From Nevskiales bacterium (GTDB taxonomy: Bacteria; Pseudomonadota; Gammaproteobacteria; Nevskiales; Nevskiaceae): a DNA stretch of 24,000 nucleotides. Both the position numbers and the translations under genes were made by a program. This document shows positions 8,071 through 16,670 of this stretch, in pieces (positions within the stretch are counted from its first letter, which is position 1; each line of letters starts with the position of its first letter). A model generated the notes under the pieces. The model had not been told where the DNA came from. It saw nothing but the letters and a program-made list of their open reading frames with translations, and made no database searches. The stretch lies in the NCBI GenBank assembly GCA_028698335.1, contig JAQVDP010000021.1, forward strand, positions 37,622 to 61,621. The letters run 5' to 3'.

Positions 8071-8847
8071 TTACTTCTCGACGAACGCGCGCTCGATCAC
8101 GTAGTCGCCGGGCGTGCCGATGTTCGGCGAGATCTCGAAGCCGCGGGCATCCAGCAGCGCCGCGGTGTCGGCCAGCATGCTGGGGCTTCCGCAGATCATC
8201 GCCCGGTCGCTGGCGGCGTCCAGGGGCGGGATCCCGAGATCCTCGAACAGCTTGCCGGACTCGATCAGGTCGGTCAGCCGACCCCGGTTGCGGAACGGCT
8301 CGCGCGTCACCGTCGGGTAGTAGAGCAGCTTGTCGCCGACGATCTCGCCGAAAATCTCATCCTGGCGCAGGTCACGCGTCAGATAGTCCTGGTACGCCAG
8401 CTCGCTGACCTGGCGGACACCGTGGATCAGCACGATCTGCTCGAAGCGCTCGTACATCTCGGGGTCCTTGACCAGGCTCAGGAACGGCGCCAGCCCGGTG
8501 CCGGTGCTGAACAGGAACAGGCGTCGCCCCGGGCGCAGGTCGTGCAGCAGCAGGGTGCCGGTCGGCTTGCTGCTGACGAAGATCTCCTGTCCTTCCTGCA
8601 GATGCTGGAGACGCGAGGTCAGCGGACCGTCCGGCACCTTGATGCTGAAGAATTCCAGGTGGTCCTCGTGGTTGGCGCTGGCGATGCTGTAGGCGCGCAG
8701 CAGCGGCCGGTTCTCGACCTGCAGACCGATCATCACGAATTGACCATTCTCGAAGCGCAGCCCGGCCCCGCGCGTGGTCCGGAAGCTGAAGAGAGTGTCG
8801 TTCCAGTGACGGACGCTGAGAACGCGTTCGGTGGTCAGTGCGGCCAT
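8071..8847 (-). CDS. fpr: Ferredoxin-NADP+ reductase
   Basis: 258 aa from the internal ATG (8845-8847). The ORF-track extension to 9090 is an Arg/Pro-rich artefact. Motifs: RAYSIAS (FAD binding), LFLFSTGTGLAPF (NADP binding), MICGSPSM, C-terminal GDYVIERAFVEK*. Confidence 0.9.
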   Translation of the reverse strand: MAALTTERVLSVRHWNDTLFSFRTTRGAGLRFENGQFVMIGLQVENRPLLRAYSIASANHEDHLEFFSIKVPDGPLTSRLQHLQEGQEIFVSSKPTGTLLLHDLRPGRRLFLFSTGTGLAPFLSLVKDPEMYERFEQIVLIHGVRQVSELAYQDYLTRDLRQDEIFGEIVGDKLLYYPTVTREPFRNRGRLTDLIESGKLFEDLGIPPLDAASDRAMICGSPSMLADTAALLDARGFEISPNIGTPGDYVIERAFVEK

Positions 8848-9129
8848 GCCGGGAGGTCCTTCGATCGTGGATGCGAATGGCCCCGCTGCGCGGGGGCAAT
8901 GAATGGAGGGTCGGATCCGCCTACAAGTTCCGTCGCCGGAACCCGGTGATCCGATGCCGCCGCGATTTATAGCGGATCGGCGCCGGAATATTGATATACC
9001 GATTCGATCCGGCCGCGGCCTCACCCGATTGATGGAGGGTGCCGGAGCAACCGCCGCCACGCCCCGCCGCGGGCACCCGTCGCTAAGCAATTGGATTTGC
9101 TCGCGGATCGCTTCGGCGACCGCAGTTAT

Positions 9130-9211
9130 GCACAGGTTTTGTGCTGTTCATGCACCGCTTTGAACACAACAGATAGCGGTTGACTCGCCCCGAAACCACA
9201 AGATATGGTTG
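9130..9211 (+). promoter_or_regulatory. Candidate nrdA promoter (-35 TTGACT 9180-9185, -10 TATGGT 9204-9209, 18-nt spacer) overlapped by candidate NrdR boxes
   Basis: Two related CACAA..GATA..GGTTG elements: ACACAACAGATAGCGGTTG (9164-9182) and ACCACAAGATATGGTTG (9195-9211). They are about 30 bp apart, close to the tandem spacing typical of NrdR boxes. A third palindromic GCACAGGTTTTGTGC lies at 9130-9144. No scoring matrix was applied. Confidence 0.35.
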
Positions 9212-9326
9212 CGTCACTGCCACGCGTCGCCCTTCCGGGGTCACCCGTGGCTTCGTCAATTCTGCGTTCGCCAGCGGCAACGCGCCTCGTCCTATTTCTC
9301 GGCTTCTTTGGGGGGAACCTACGACC

Positions 9327-12257
9327 ATGCAGACCCAGACCCGCGGTGCCACCACCGAATCCCAGCGCCCGCCTCAGGCGCCGGCCCACACGGCCGAACT
9401 GGCCGCGACGGCCCCCGGCGCCGTCCGCGTGATCCGCCGCAACGGCAAAGTCACCGCGTTCGACGCGTCGAAGATCCAGATCGCGGTCACCAAGGCCTTC
9501 CTCGCCGTCGAGGGCTCGGCCGCCGCGGCCTCGGCGTCGATGCGGCAGAAGGTCGACGGCCTCACCGATCAGGTCGTCCAGGCTCTCAACCGGCACATGT
9601 CCGGTGGCGGCACCCTGCACATCGAGGACATCCAGGATCAGGTCGAACTGGCACTGATGCGCAACGGCGAACACAAGGTCGCCCGCGCCTATGTGCTGTA
9701 TCGCGAGGAGCAGAACCGCAAGCGCGCCGCCGAAGCCGCGACCCAGAAGGCCGAGGCTCAGAAGCCGGCGCTGTCGATCACCCGTGACGACGGTTCCACG
9801 GTCGCGCTGGACGAAGCGCGCATGCATCGTCTGGTCGGCGAGGCCTGCACCGGACTGGAAGGCGTCAACGCCGACGAGATCGTCACCGCGGCACTGCGCG
9901 ACCTCTACGACGGCATGCCGGAAGCCGAACTGTCGCAGGCGCTGACCCTGGCCGCCCGCGCCCGCATCGAGAAGGAGCCGAACTACACCTACGTGTCGGC
10001 GCGCCTGCTGCTCGACGCGATGCGCCACGAGGCACTGAAGTTCCTGGGCATGCCCGAATCGCGTCCGACCCAGGAAGAGATGAAGGGCCTGTACCCGGCC
10101 TACTTCCGCGAATACATCAACAAGGCGGTCGAGCTCGAACTGCTCGACCCGAAGCTGGCACTGTACGACCTCGACATGCTCGGCAACGCGCTGCTGCCGG
10201 AACGCGACCAGCAGTTCGATTACCTCGGCCTGCAGACGCTGTACGACCGCTATTTCATCCACGCCAACAAGACGCGCTTCGAGCTGCCGCAGGCATTCTT
10301 CATGCGCGTGGCGATGGGCCTGGCGATCAACGAGATCGAACGCGAGACCAAGGCCATCGAGTTCTACACGCTGCTGTCGAGCTTCGACTTCATGTCGAGC
10401 ACGCCGACGCTGTTCAACTCGGGCACGCTGCGCCCGCAGCTGTCGAGCTGCTACCTGACCCAGGTCCCGGACGATCTGCACGGCATCTTCGGCGCGATCC
10501 ACGACAACGCGATGCTGTCGAAATTCGCCGGCGGCCTCGGCAACGACTGGACGCCGGTGCGCGGCATGGGCGGCTGGATCAAGGGCACCAACGGCAAGTC
10601 CAACGGCGTCGTGCCGTTCCTGAAGGTCGCCAACGACACCGCTGTCGCGGTCAACCAGGGCGGCAAGCGCAAGGGCGCGGTCTGCGCCTACCTCGAGACC
10701 TGGCACCGCGACATCGAGGAGTTCCTCGAACTGCGCAAGAACACCGGTGACGACCGCCGCCGCACGCACGACATGAACACCGCCAACTGGGTGCCGGACC
10801 TGTTCATGAAGCGCGTCATGGAAGAGGGCCAGTGGACCCTGTTCTCGCCGGAGGAAACGCCCGACCTGCACGATCTGATCGGCGACGCCTTCGAGAAGCG
10901 CTATGCCGAATACGAGCGTCTCGCCGACGAGGGCCGCATCAGCAACTTCAAGCGCATCCCGGCAGTACAGCTGTGGCGCAAGATGCTGTCGATGCTGTTC
11001 GAGACCGGCCATCCGTGGATCACCTTCAAGGATCCGTGCAACCTGCGCTCGCCGCAGCAGCACGTCGGCGTCGTCCACAGCTCGAACCTGTGCACCGAGA
11101 TCACCCTGAACACCAAGGCCAACCAGGAAATCGCGGTCTGCAACCTCGGCTCGGTCAATCTGCCGGCACACATCACCGACGACGGCCAGCTCGATCTGGC
11201 CAAGCTCGAGAAGACCATCAGCACCGCGATGCGGATGCTCGACAACGTCATCGAGTACAACTACTACTCGGTACCGACGGCGCGCAATTCCAACATGCGG
11301 CATCGTCCGGTCGGGCTCGGCATGATGGGATTCCAGGACGCGCTCTACAAACTGCGTCTGCCGTACGAGTCGGACGAGGCGATCCGCTTCGCCGACGAGA
11401 CGATGGAGGCGATCAGCTACTACGCGATCAAGGGCTCCAGCGACCTGGCCGGAGAGCGCGGCAAGTACTCCAGCTTCGACGGCTCGCTGTGGTCGCAGGG
11501 CATCCTGCCGATCGACTCGATCCGTCTGGTCGCCGAGGCACGCGGCCCGCAGTACCTGCAGCAGGACACCGGCATGTCCGGCCGCTTCGACTGGGACACC
11601 CTGCGCGAGCAGGTCAAGACCGTCGGCATGCGCAACTCCAACTGCATGGCGATCGCGCCGACCGCCACCATCGCCAACATCACCGGCGTGTCGCAGTCGA
11701 TCGAGCCGACGTACCAGAACCTGTACGTGAAGTCGAACCTTTCGGGTGAGTTCACCGTCGTCAACGAATACCTCGTCAACGACCTGAAGAAGCTCGACCT
11801 GTGGGACGAGGTCATGGCGCACGATCTGAAGTACTTCGACGGCAGCGTGCAGCAGATCGACCGCGTTCCCGACGCGCTCAAGGCGATCTACAAGTGCGCG
11901 TTCGAGGTCGACCCGAAGCGCCTGGTCGATGCCGGCAGCCGCCGCCAGAAGTGGATCGATCAGGCGCAGTCGCTGAACCTGTACATGGCCCAGCCCAGCG
12001 GCAAGAAGCTCGACGAGCTGTACAAGCATGCCTGGAGCACCGGCCTGAAAACGACCTACTACCTCCGCACCATGGGCGCGACCCACGCGGAGAAGGCGAC
12101 GATCAACGACAACCGCCTGAACAAGGTCGGCCAGTCCAGCGCCAGCGGCGTGTCGGCGGCACCCGCAGCCGCTCCGCAGCCGGCCGCGGCGGCCTCCGAC
12201 GTCGGCGGCGCCAAGGTGTGCTCCATTCTCGACCCCGACTGCGAGGCCTGCCAGTAA
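9327..12257 (+). CDS. nrdA: Ribonucleoside-diphosphate reductase class Ia, alpha subunit, with tandem N-terminal ATP-cones
   Basis: 976 aa. ATP-cone 1: VIRRNGKVTAFDASKIQIAVTKAF. Second cone-like segment: ITRDDGSTVALDEARMHRLV. Catalytic blocks: VNQGGKRKGAVCAYLETWHRDIEEFLELRKNTGDDRRRTHDMNTANW, SNLCTEITL, CNLGSVNL. C-terminal CxxC shuttle: DPDCEACQ*. ATG 9327 follows a G-rich RBS (GGGGGGAA, 9310-9317). The ORF-track start at 9180 is an unsupported extension. Confidence 0.97.
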   Translation: MQTQTRGATTESQRPPQAPAHTAELAATAPGAVRVIRRNGKVTAFDASKIQIAVTKAFLAVEGSAAAASASMRQKVDGLTDQVVQALNRHMSGGGTLHIEDIQDQVELALMRNGEHKVARAYVLYREEQNRKRAAEAATQKAEAQKPALSITRDDGSTVALDEARMHRLVGEACTGLEGVNADEIVTAALRDLYDGMPEAELSQALTLAARARIEKEPNYTYVSARLLLDAMRHEALKFLGMPESRPTQEEMKGLYPAYFREYINKAVELELLDPKLALYDLDMLGNALLPERDQQFDYLGLQTLYDRYFIHANKTRFELPQAFFMRVAMGLAINEIERETKAIEFYTLLSSFDFMSSTPTLFNSGTLRPQLSSCYLTQVPDDLHGIFGAIHDNAMLSKFAGGLGNDWTPVRGMGGWIKGTNGKSNGVVPFLKVANDTAVAVNQGGKRKGAVCAYLETWHRDIEEFLELRKNTGDDRRRTHDMNTANWVPDLFMKRVMEEGQWTLFSPEETPDLHDLIGDAFEKRYAEYERLADEGRISNFKRIPAVQLWRKMLSMLFETGHPWITFKDPCNLRSPQQHVGVVHSSNLCTEITLNTKANQEIAVCNLGSVNLPAHITDDGQLDLAKLEKTISTAMRMLDNVIEYNYYSVPTARNSNMRHRPVGLGMMGFQDALYKLRLPYESDEAIRFADETMEAISYYAIKGSSDLAGERGKYSSFDGSLWSQGILPIDSIRLVAEARGPQYLQQDTGMSGRFDWDTLREQVKTVGMRNSNCMAIAPTATIANITGVSQSIEPTYQNLYVKSNLSGEFTVVNEYLVNDLKKLDLWDEVMAHDLKYFDGSVQQIDRVPDALKAIYKCAFEVDPKRLVDAGSRRQKWIDQAQSLNLYMAQPSGKKLDELYKHAWSTGLKTTYYLRTMGATHAEKATINDNRLNKVGQSSASGVSAAPAAAPQPAAAASDVGGAKVCSILDPDCEACQ

Positions 12258-12363
12258 GGGCCGGGCAGCGATCATCCCGGCCGTCACCGGCCGGGAGCCT
12301 GCTTCGGCGGCACCATCGACCCACCGGCCTTGCCCCAGGCCGAGGGGCCGAGCCGACGATCCG

Positions 12364-12396
12364 ACGGACATCCGACTTCCCGGGTGTCCGTTTTTT
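12364..12396 (+). terminator. Rho-independent terminator downstream of nrdA
   Basis: ACGGACA (12364-12370) pairs with TGTCCGT (12385-12391) around a 14-nt loop. The T at 12391 closes the stem and begins the run TTTTTT (12391-12396). Confidence 0.7.
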
Positions 12397-12559
12397 GTCG
12401 CCGCCGCCCACTCCGGCTCGCCGCAGCACCGTTAGGTCAATTTTTTCCGACCGCTTGGGGGTTCTCGCCCTTGTGCCGCCGCGTGGCAAACGGCTTACTG
12501 GTTCGATCGCCGGATACCGACAGCCCGTATCCGGATCACGATCCCAGATGAGGAAAGCC

Positions 12560-15500
12560 ATGATGTCACGCACCTTCGTGGCGCTGCTGTCGGCAGCGCT
12601 GACTTCGGCAACGGCCGCCGCCGCGGTCTCACCCCCCGCCGGAGCCGCCGCACAGTCCCACGCCGCCGCGCGGCCGAACTACGACGCGTTCTACGCCAAG
12701 AGCCGCGCGACGACGGCGACCACCGGCGCCACGAGCCTGCGCGCCAAGCAGGTCGCCCGCCAGCGCTCGGCGGCCGGTTATGCGTCGCAGTTCGACCCCC
12801 TGCGTCAGCAGGCCACGTTCCTGTGGGCGACCGACACCGCGCCGGTCAGCGTCGGCCCGGTCAAGGCCGCCGCGCTGCCCGAAGCGCTGGGCCGCCGGTA
12901 TCTGGGCAAGTACGCGGGCACGCTCGGACTCGATCGCAGCGCGATCAGCTCGGCCAGGCTCATCGGCGCGCAGAAGATGCGCGGCGGCAGCACGATCTCG
13001 CGCTTCCAGCAGCGCGTCGGCGACATCGAGGTGTTCGGACGTCAGCTCAACGTTCTGACCGGCGCCGACCAGCGCCTGGTTGCGATCTCCGGCAGCTTCG
13101 ATCGTGGCATCGTCAGCAAGTCCGGCTTCGCGCGCGCGCCGGAGCAGGCGATCACCGCCGCCGTCGGCGACCTCGGCGGCAGCATCGTGCCGGTCGCGAT
13201 GAGCACCGAAAAGTCCGCTGGCGGATACCTGAGCTACTCCAACTACGCGACGAATCCGGACTACCTCCTGGAGCGCCCGGTCCGCGTCAAGCAGGTCTAC
13301 TTCCCGCTGCCCGGCACCCTGGAACCGGCGTACTACATCGAAGTGATCGGCCGTGCCGCCGGCTCGAAGCGGCAGGATGGATACAGCTACGTCGTCTCGG
13401 CGAGCACCGGCGAGATCCTGTTCCGCAACAACCTGATCGCCCACGAGGGCGGCAGCACCGCATACACCTACCGCGTCTTCGCCGATCCCAGCGGCATCAA
13501 GCAGCCCTACGACTCGCCGCTGGGCAACAGCAGCGTGCCGTTCGCAGGCGCCACCCCGCAGGACGTGCCGGCACGCCAGTCGGCCACCGCCAATCGCGTC
13601 ACCCTGGTCAGCGGCCCGATCAGCACCGGCGACGCCTGGCTGCCCGACGGCGCGACGACGACCACCGGCAACCACGCCGACGCCTACCTCGATACCGGCC
13701 TGCAGCTCGATCCCGGCATCTACCTGAACAACCAGCCGTTCGACTGGCCCGGCGACGGCTACGTGCCGCTGACCGGGGACCTGCGCAGCGCCTCCACCGA
13801 CACCGCGACCTTCGACTATCCGATCGCCGCCGACGACGATCCTGCGGCCAGCGACGCCAAGCAGGCCGCCATCGTCAACCTGTTCTATATGAACAACTGG
13901 CTGCACGACTGGTGGTACGACCACGGATTCGACGAAGCCGCCGGCAACGCGCAGACCGACAACTACGGCCGCGGCGGCATCGACGGCGATCCGATCCAGG
14001 CCCAGGGCCAGGACGCCGGCGGCCGCAACAACGCCAACATGCTGACCCCTGGCGACGGCAGCTCGCCGCGCATGCAGATGTATCTGTTCGATGGCTCGAT
14101 CTCGGGCGAGGTCTGCCAGCAGTCGCCGAACGACAACTGCCCGTCCACGGCGGCGGGCGACGGCTACCGCTTTTCCGGTGCCAGCTTCGGCCCGTCGGAG
14201 TTCGACGTCACCGGCGAGCTGGTGCTGATCGACGACGGCTCCGAGCCGGTCACCAACGGCTGCAACGACAACCTGCTGATCCCGGATCCGATCGGGCTGG
14301 GCCTGGTCCCCGACACACCGCTGCCGGACCCGACCCTGGCCGGCAGCATCGTGCTGATCGACCGCGGCAGCTGCTCATTCACCACCAAGGAACAGTACGC
14401 GATGCTGTCCGGCGCCGCGGCGATGATCGTCATCAACAACGGCGAAGGCGAACCCATCTCCATGGGCAACGCCGACATCCCGATCGACGTCGGCTTCACC
14501 ACCGACGGCCTCTACATCACGCCGGCAGTGATGATCAGCAAGGCCAGCGGCGACGCCCTCAAGGCGCAGCTCGCGGCCGGCGACAGCATCACCATGCGTG
14601 TGCTGCGCGAGCCGTCGATCGACTACGACGGCACCCTCGACAATCTGGTGATCGCGCACGAGTACTTCCACTACGTCAGTAACCGTCTGATCTCGGACGG
14701 CAACGGCCTGAGCAACAACCAGGGCGGCAGCCTCGGCGAAGGCTGGGGCGACATCTCCGCGTGGATGCTCTCGGTGCGCGAGGATGACGTCAACGTGCCC
14801 GGCAACGGAGCCTGGCAGGGCGCCTACCCGTCCGGCTACTACGTGCTCGACAGCTTCTACTACGGCATCCGCCGCATGCCGTACTCGGCGGACTTCGGCA
14901 AGAACCTGCTGACCTTCAAGCACATCGAGGACGGTGTGCCGCTGGAGGGCGACGCACCGGTCGGCTTCGGCACCGATGGCGCGACCAATTCGGAAGTGCA
15001 CAACGCCGGCGAGGTGTGGGCCAACACGATGTTCCACGCCTACACCATGCTGCTGACCGATCCGCGCCACAGCTTCTCCGAAGCGCAGAGCCGGATGAAG
15101 GACTACATCATCTGCGGCATGAAGATGACGCCGAGTTCGCCGACCTACACCGAGGCGCGCGACGGCGTGCTGGCCTGCGCAAAGGCCAATGACGTGGTCG
15201 ACTTCAGCCGTATGGCGAAGGCCTTCGCGCTGCGCGGCATGGGCGTCGAGGCCGTCTCCCCGGCGCGCGACAGCACCGATCACGCCGGCGTGGTCGAGAG
15301 CTATGTGGCGGTCATCGCCCAGGCACCGAGCCTGATCGCCGGCAGCGACGACGGTACCGGCGACTGCGACGCCGACGGCATCCTCGACGCGGGCGAATAC
15401 CGGACGCTGCGCTTCGAACTGCTCAACAACGGGGCCTATGCCGCCGGCGACACGGTGCGCTACACCCTGAGCAGCGACAGCGCCGCGCTGGGTTTCGTCG

Positions 15501-16447
15501 ACGGCAACACGCTCAGCTTCACCGCCGGCGCGATCGGCGAGACCAGCACCGCGGACATCCTCGTCGAGCTGTCCGAGACGGCACCGTCGCCGCTGACGGT
15601 CACGCTGACGCTGACCGCCTCGCCGCTGGCGACACCGGATCCGGTCGTGCAGTACCCGGACAGCGTCACCCTGACCCTGCTGGCCAACTACGACGCCGCG
15701 CAGACCGCCACCTCGGACGACTTCGAGATCCCGGCCCTGTCGGTCGGCGACTGGACGGTCAACAGCACCGGGACGACGACGGTCTGGAGCATCACCGACG
15801 AGAACGACATCACCGGCAGCGGTCTGGCCTGGTTCGCCCCGGATCTGGATACCCAGACCGAGATCCAGCTGGTCTCGCCGGCATTCGTGGTGCCGGCCGA
15901 TACCGGCTTCACGCTGGGCTTCGACCACTACTACGAGTTCGAGGAGGTCGGACCGCTGCTGCCGACCGGCTATGACGGCGGCTACATCGACGTCAGCGTC
16001 GACGGCGGCGAATGGGTCGATGCCGAAACCTTCGGCGTCAGCTTCGCCAACGGCTACGACGGCACCATTCAGGCCAACGGCCGCAGCGGTTACACCGGTT
16101 CCAGTGGCGGTGTCGTCACCGAGACGCTGGACTTCGGCACCCTGGTCGCCGGCCACAGTGTGCGGGTCCGCTTCAGCGTCGCGTCCGACGAGCTGACCGG
16201 CGCGTTCGGCTGGATCGTCGACAACCTCACCACCACCGGCGCCGAACCGGCGTTCACCGCGGTCAGCGAGGAACTCGGCGTCTGCGACGTGACCCCGCCC
16301 GACAGCGGCGGCGGCAGCGGCGGCGGCAACACCGGCGGTGGCGGCACGGGCGGATCGAGCTCCGGCGGCGGCGCCATCGGCGGCGGCATGATCGCCCTGT
16401 TCGCGCTGCTCGCCGCGGCACGGCGGCGCCGTCGAACCCTGCACTGA
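12560..16447 (+). CDS. Secreted M36 (fungalysin-type) zinc metalloprotease with FTP propeptide, inserted PA domain, C-terminal MAM/lectin-like domain and Gly-rich/TM/Arg sorting tail
   Basis: 1295 aa from ATG 12560 (GAGGAAA RBS at 12550-12556). Signal peptide: MMSRTFVALLSAALTSATAAAA. FTP-like block: ISRFQQRVGDIEVFGRQLNV. PA domain: GSIVLIDRGSCSFTTKEQYAMLSGAAAMIVINNGEG. Zinc site: HEYFHYVSNRL (HEYFH at 14657-14671) plus GEGWGD (Glu 14738-14740), which is the M36 pattern. Tail: GGGAIGGGMIALFALLAAARRRRRTLH*. Confidence 0.85.
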   Translation: MMSRTFVALLSAALTSATAAAAVSPPAGAAAQSHAAARPNYDAFYAKSRATTATTGATSLRAKQVARQRSAAGYASQFDPLRQQATFLWATDTAPVSVGPVKAAALPEALGRRYLGKYAGTLGLDRSAISSARLIGAQKMRGGSTISRFQQRVGDIEVFGRQLNVLTGADQRLVAISGSFDRGIVSKSGFARAPEQAITAAVGDLGGSIVPVAMSTEKSAGGYLSYSNYATNPDYLLERPVRVKQVYFPLPGTLEPAYYIEVIGRAAGSKRQDGYSYVVSASTGEILFRNNLIAHEGGSTAYTYRVFADPSGIKQPYDSPLGNSSVPFAGATPQDVPARQSATANRVTLVSGPISTGDAWLPDGATTTTGNHADAYLDTGLQLDPGIYLNNQPFDWPGDGYVPLTGDLRSASTDTATFDYPIAADDDPAASDAKQAAIVNLFYMNNWLHDWWYDHGFDEAAGNAQTDNYGRGGIDGDPIQAQGQDAGGRNNANMLTPGDGSSPRMQMYLFDGSISGEVCQQSPNDNCPSTAAGDGYRFSGASFGPSEFDVTGELVLIDDGSEPVTNGCNDNLLIPDPIGLGLVPDTPLPDPTLAGSIVLIDRGSCSFTTKEQYAMLSGAAAMIVINNGEGEPISMGNADIPIDVGFTTDGLYITPAVMISKASGDALKAQLAAGDSITMRVLREPSIDYDGTLDNLVIAHEYFHYVSNRLISDGNGLSNNQGGSLGEGWGDISAWMLSVREDDVNVPGNGAWQGAYPSGYYVLDSFYYGIRRMPYSADFGKNLLTFKHIEDGVPLEGDAPVGFGTDGATNSEVHNAGEVWANTMFHAYTMLLTDPRHSFSEAQSRMKDYIICGMKMTPSSPTYTEARDGVLACAKANDVVDFSRMAKAFALRGMGVEAVSPARDSTDHAGVVESYVAVIAQAPSLIAGSDDGTGDCDADGILDAGEYRTLRFELLNNGAYAAGDTVRYTLSSDSAALGFVDGNTLSFTAGAIGETSTADILVELSETAPSPLTVTLTLTASPLATPDPVVQYPDSVTLTLLANYDAAQTATSDDFEIPALSVGDWTVNSTGTTTVWSITDENDITGSGLAWFAPDLDTQTEIQLVSPAFVVPADTGFTLGFDHYYEFEEVGPLLPTGYDGGYIDVSVDGGEWVDAETFGVSFANGYDGTIQANGRSGYTGSSGGVVTETLDFGTLVAGHSVRVRFSVASDELTGAFGWIVDNLTTTGAEPAFTAVSEELGVCDVTPPDSGGGSGGGNTGGGGTGGSSSGGGAIGGGMIALFALLAAARRRRRTLH

Positions 16448-16468
16448 CCGGTCCCTCGCGACTCCGGG

Positions 16469-16505
16469 GCCCGTCGCATCTGCATCGATGCGGCGGGCCT
16501 TTTTC
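16469..16505 (+). terminator. Rho-independent terminator downstream of the protease gene
   Basis: GCCCGTCGCATC (16469-16480) pairs with GATGCGGCGGGC (16487-16498): 11 Watson-Crick pairs plus one G-T. The loop is 6 nt and CTTTTTC follows. Confidence 0.8.
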
Positions 16506-16670
16506 ATGGGTTTCGCACACCCCGACCGCCGTCGCGGCCGACGCGACCGGAACGGGGGGCGAATTCAAGTATCACTCCGCACTACAATAGAACCGCTGCC
16601 CGGGCCATCGGAGAGGGTGGGTCAGCGCAGCCAAGCTGTTTCGAGAACTAGAAAAGGCAGCCAGATCGAC

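Noticed and set aside
8903-9163. 86-aa plus-strand ORF in the fpr-nrdA intergenic region.
   Set aside because: It has no RBS, its composition is Arg/Pro-rich, and it overlaps the region better explained as divergent promoters and operators.
9210-9326. Possible cobalamin riboswitch in the nrdA leader (a CTGCCAC string).
   Set aside because: There is only a short partial resemblance to the B12 box. The leader (about 110 nt) is too short and lacks the other conserved riboswitch blocks.
9126-12371. 1081-aa minus-strand ORF antisense to nrdA. Similar long shadow ORFs occur at 6451-8949 (+), 14375-16507 (-), 12629-13924 (-), 12823-14682 (+), 1110-2681 (+), 1351-2499 (-), 4572-5846 (-), 3619-4539 (-), 17390-18385 (-), 18464-19702 (+), 20746-21606 (-), 22583-23371 (-) and 23496-23996 (-).
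   Set aside because: Their translations are Arg/Ala/Gly/Pro/Asp-rich low-complexity strings with no recognisable motifs. Each lies opposite to, or out of frame with, an ORF that has unmistakable family signatures. Long stop-free alternative frames are expected in GC-rich DNA.
11801-12559. 5' extensions of ORF-track entries: 11801-12559 before the protease, 8848-9090 before fpr, 9180-9326 before nrdA, 16488-16670 before MerR, 19595-19663 before the thiolase, 20913-21500 before xmoB, and 21953-22735 before the fourth xmo gene.
   Set aside because: The extensions overlap upstream genes or terminators and translate to Arg/Pro-rich junk. Internal starts with RBS-like purine tracts coincide with the beginning of conserved sequence or signal peptides.
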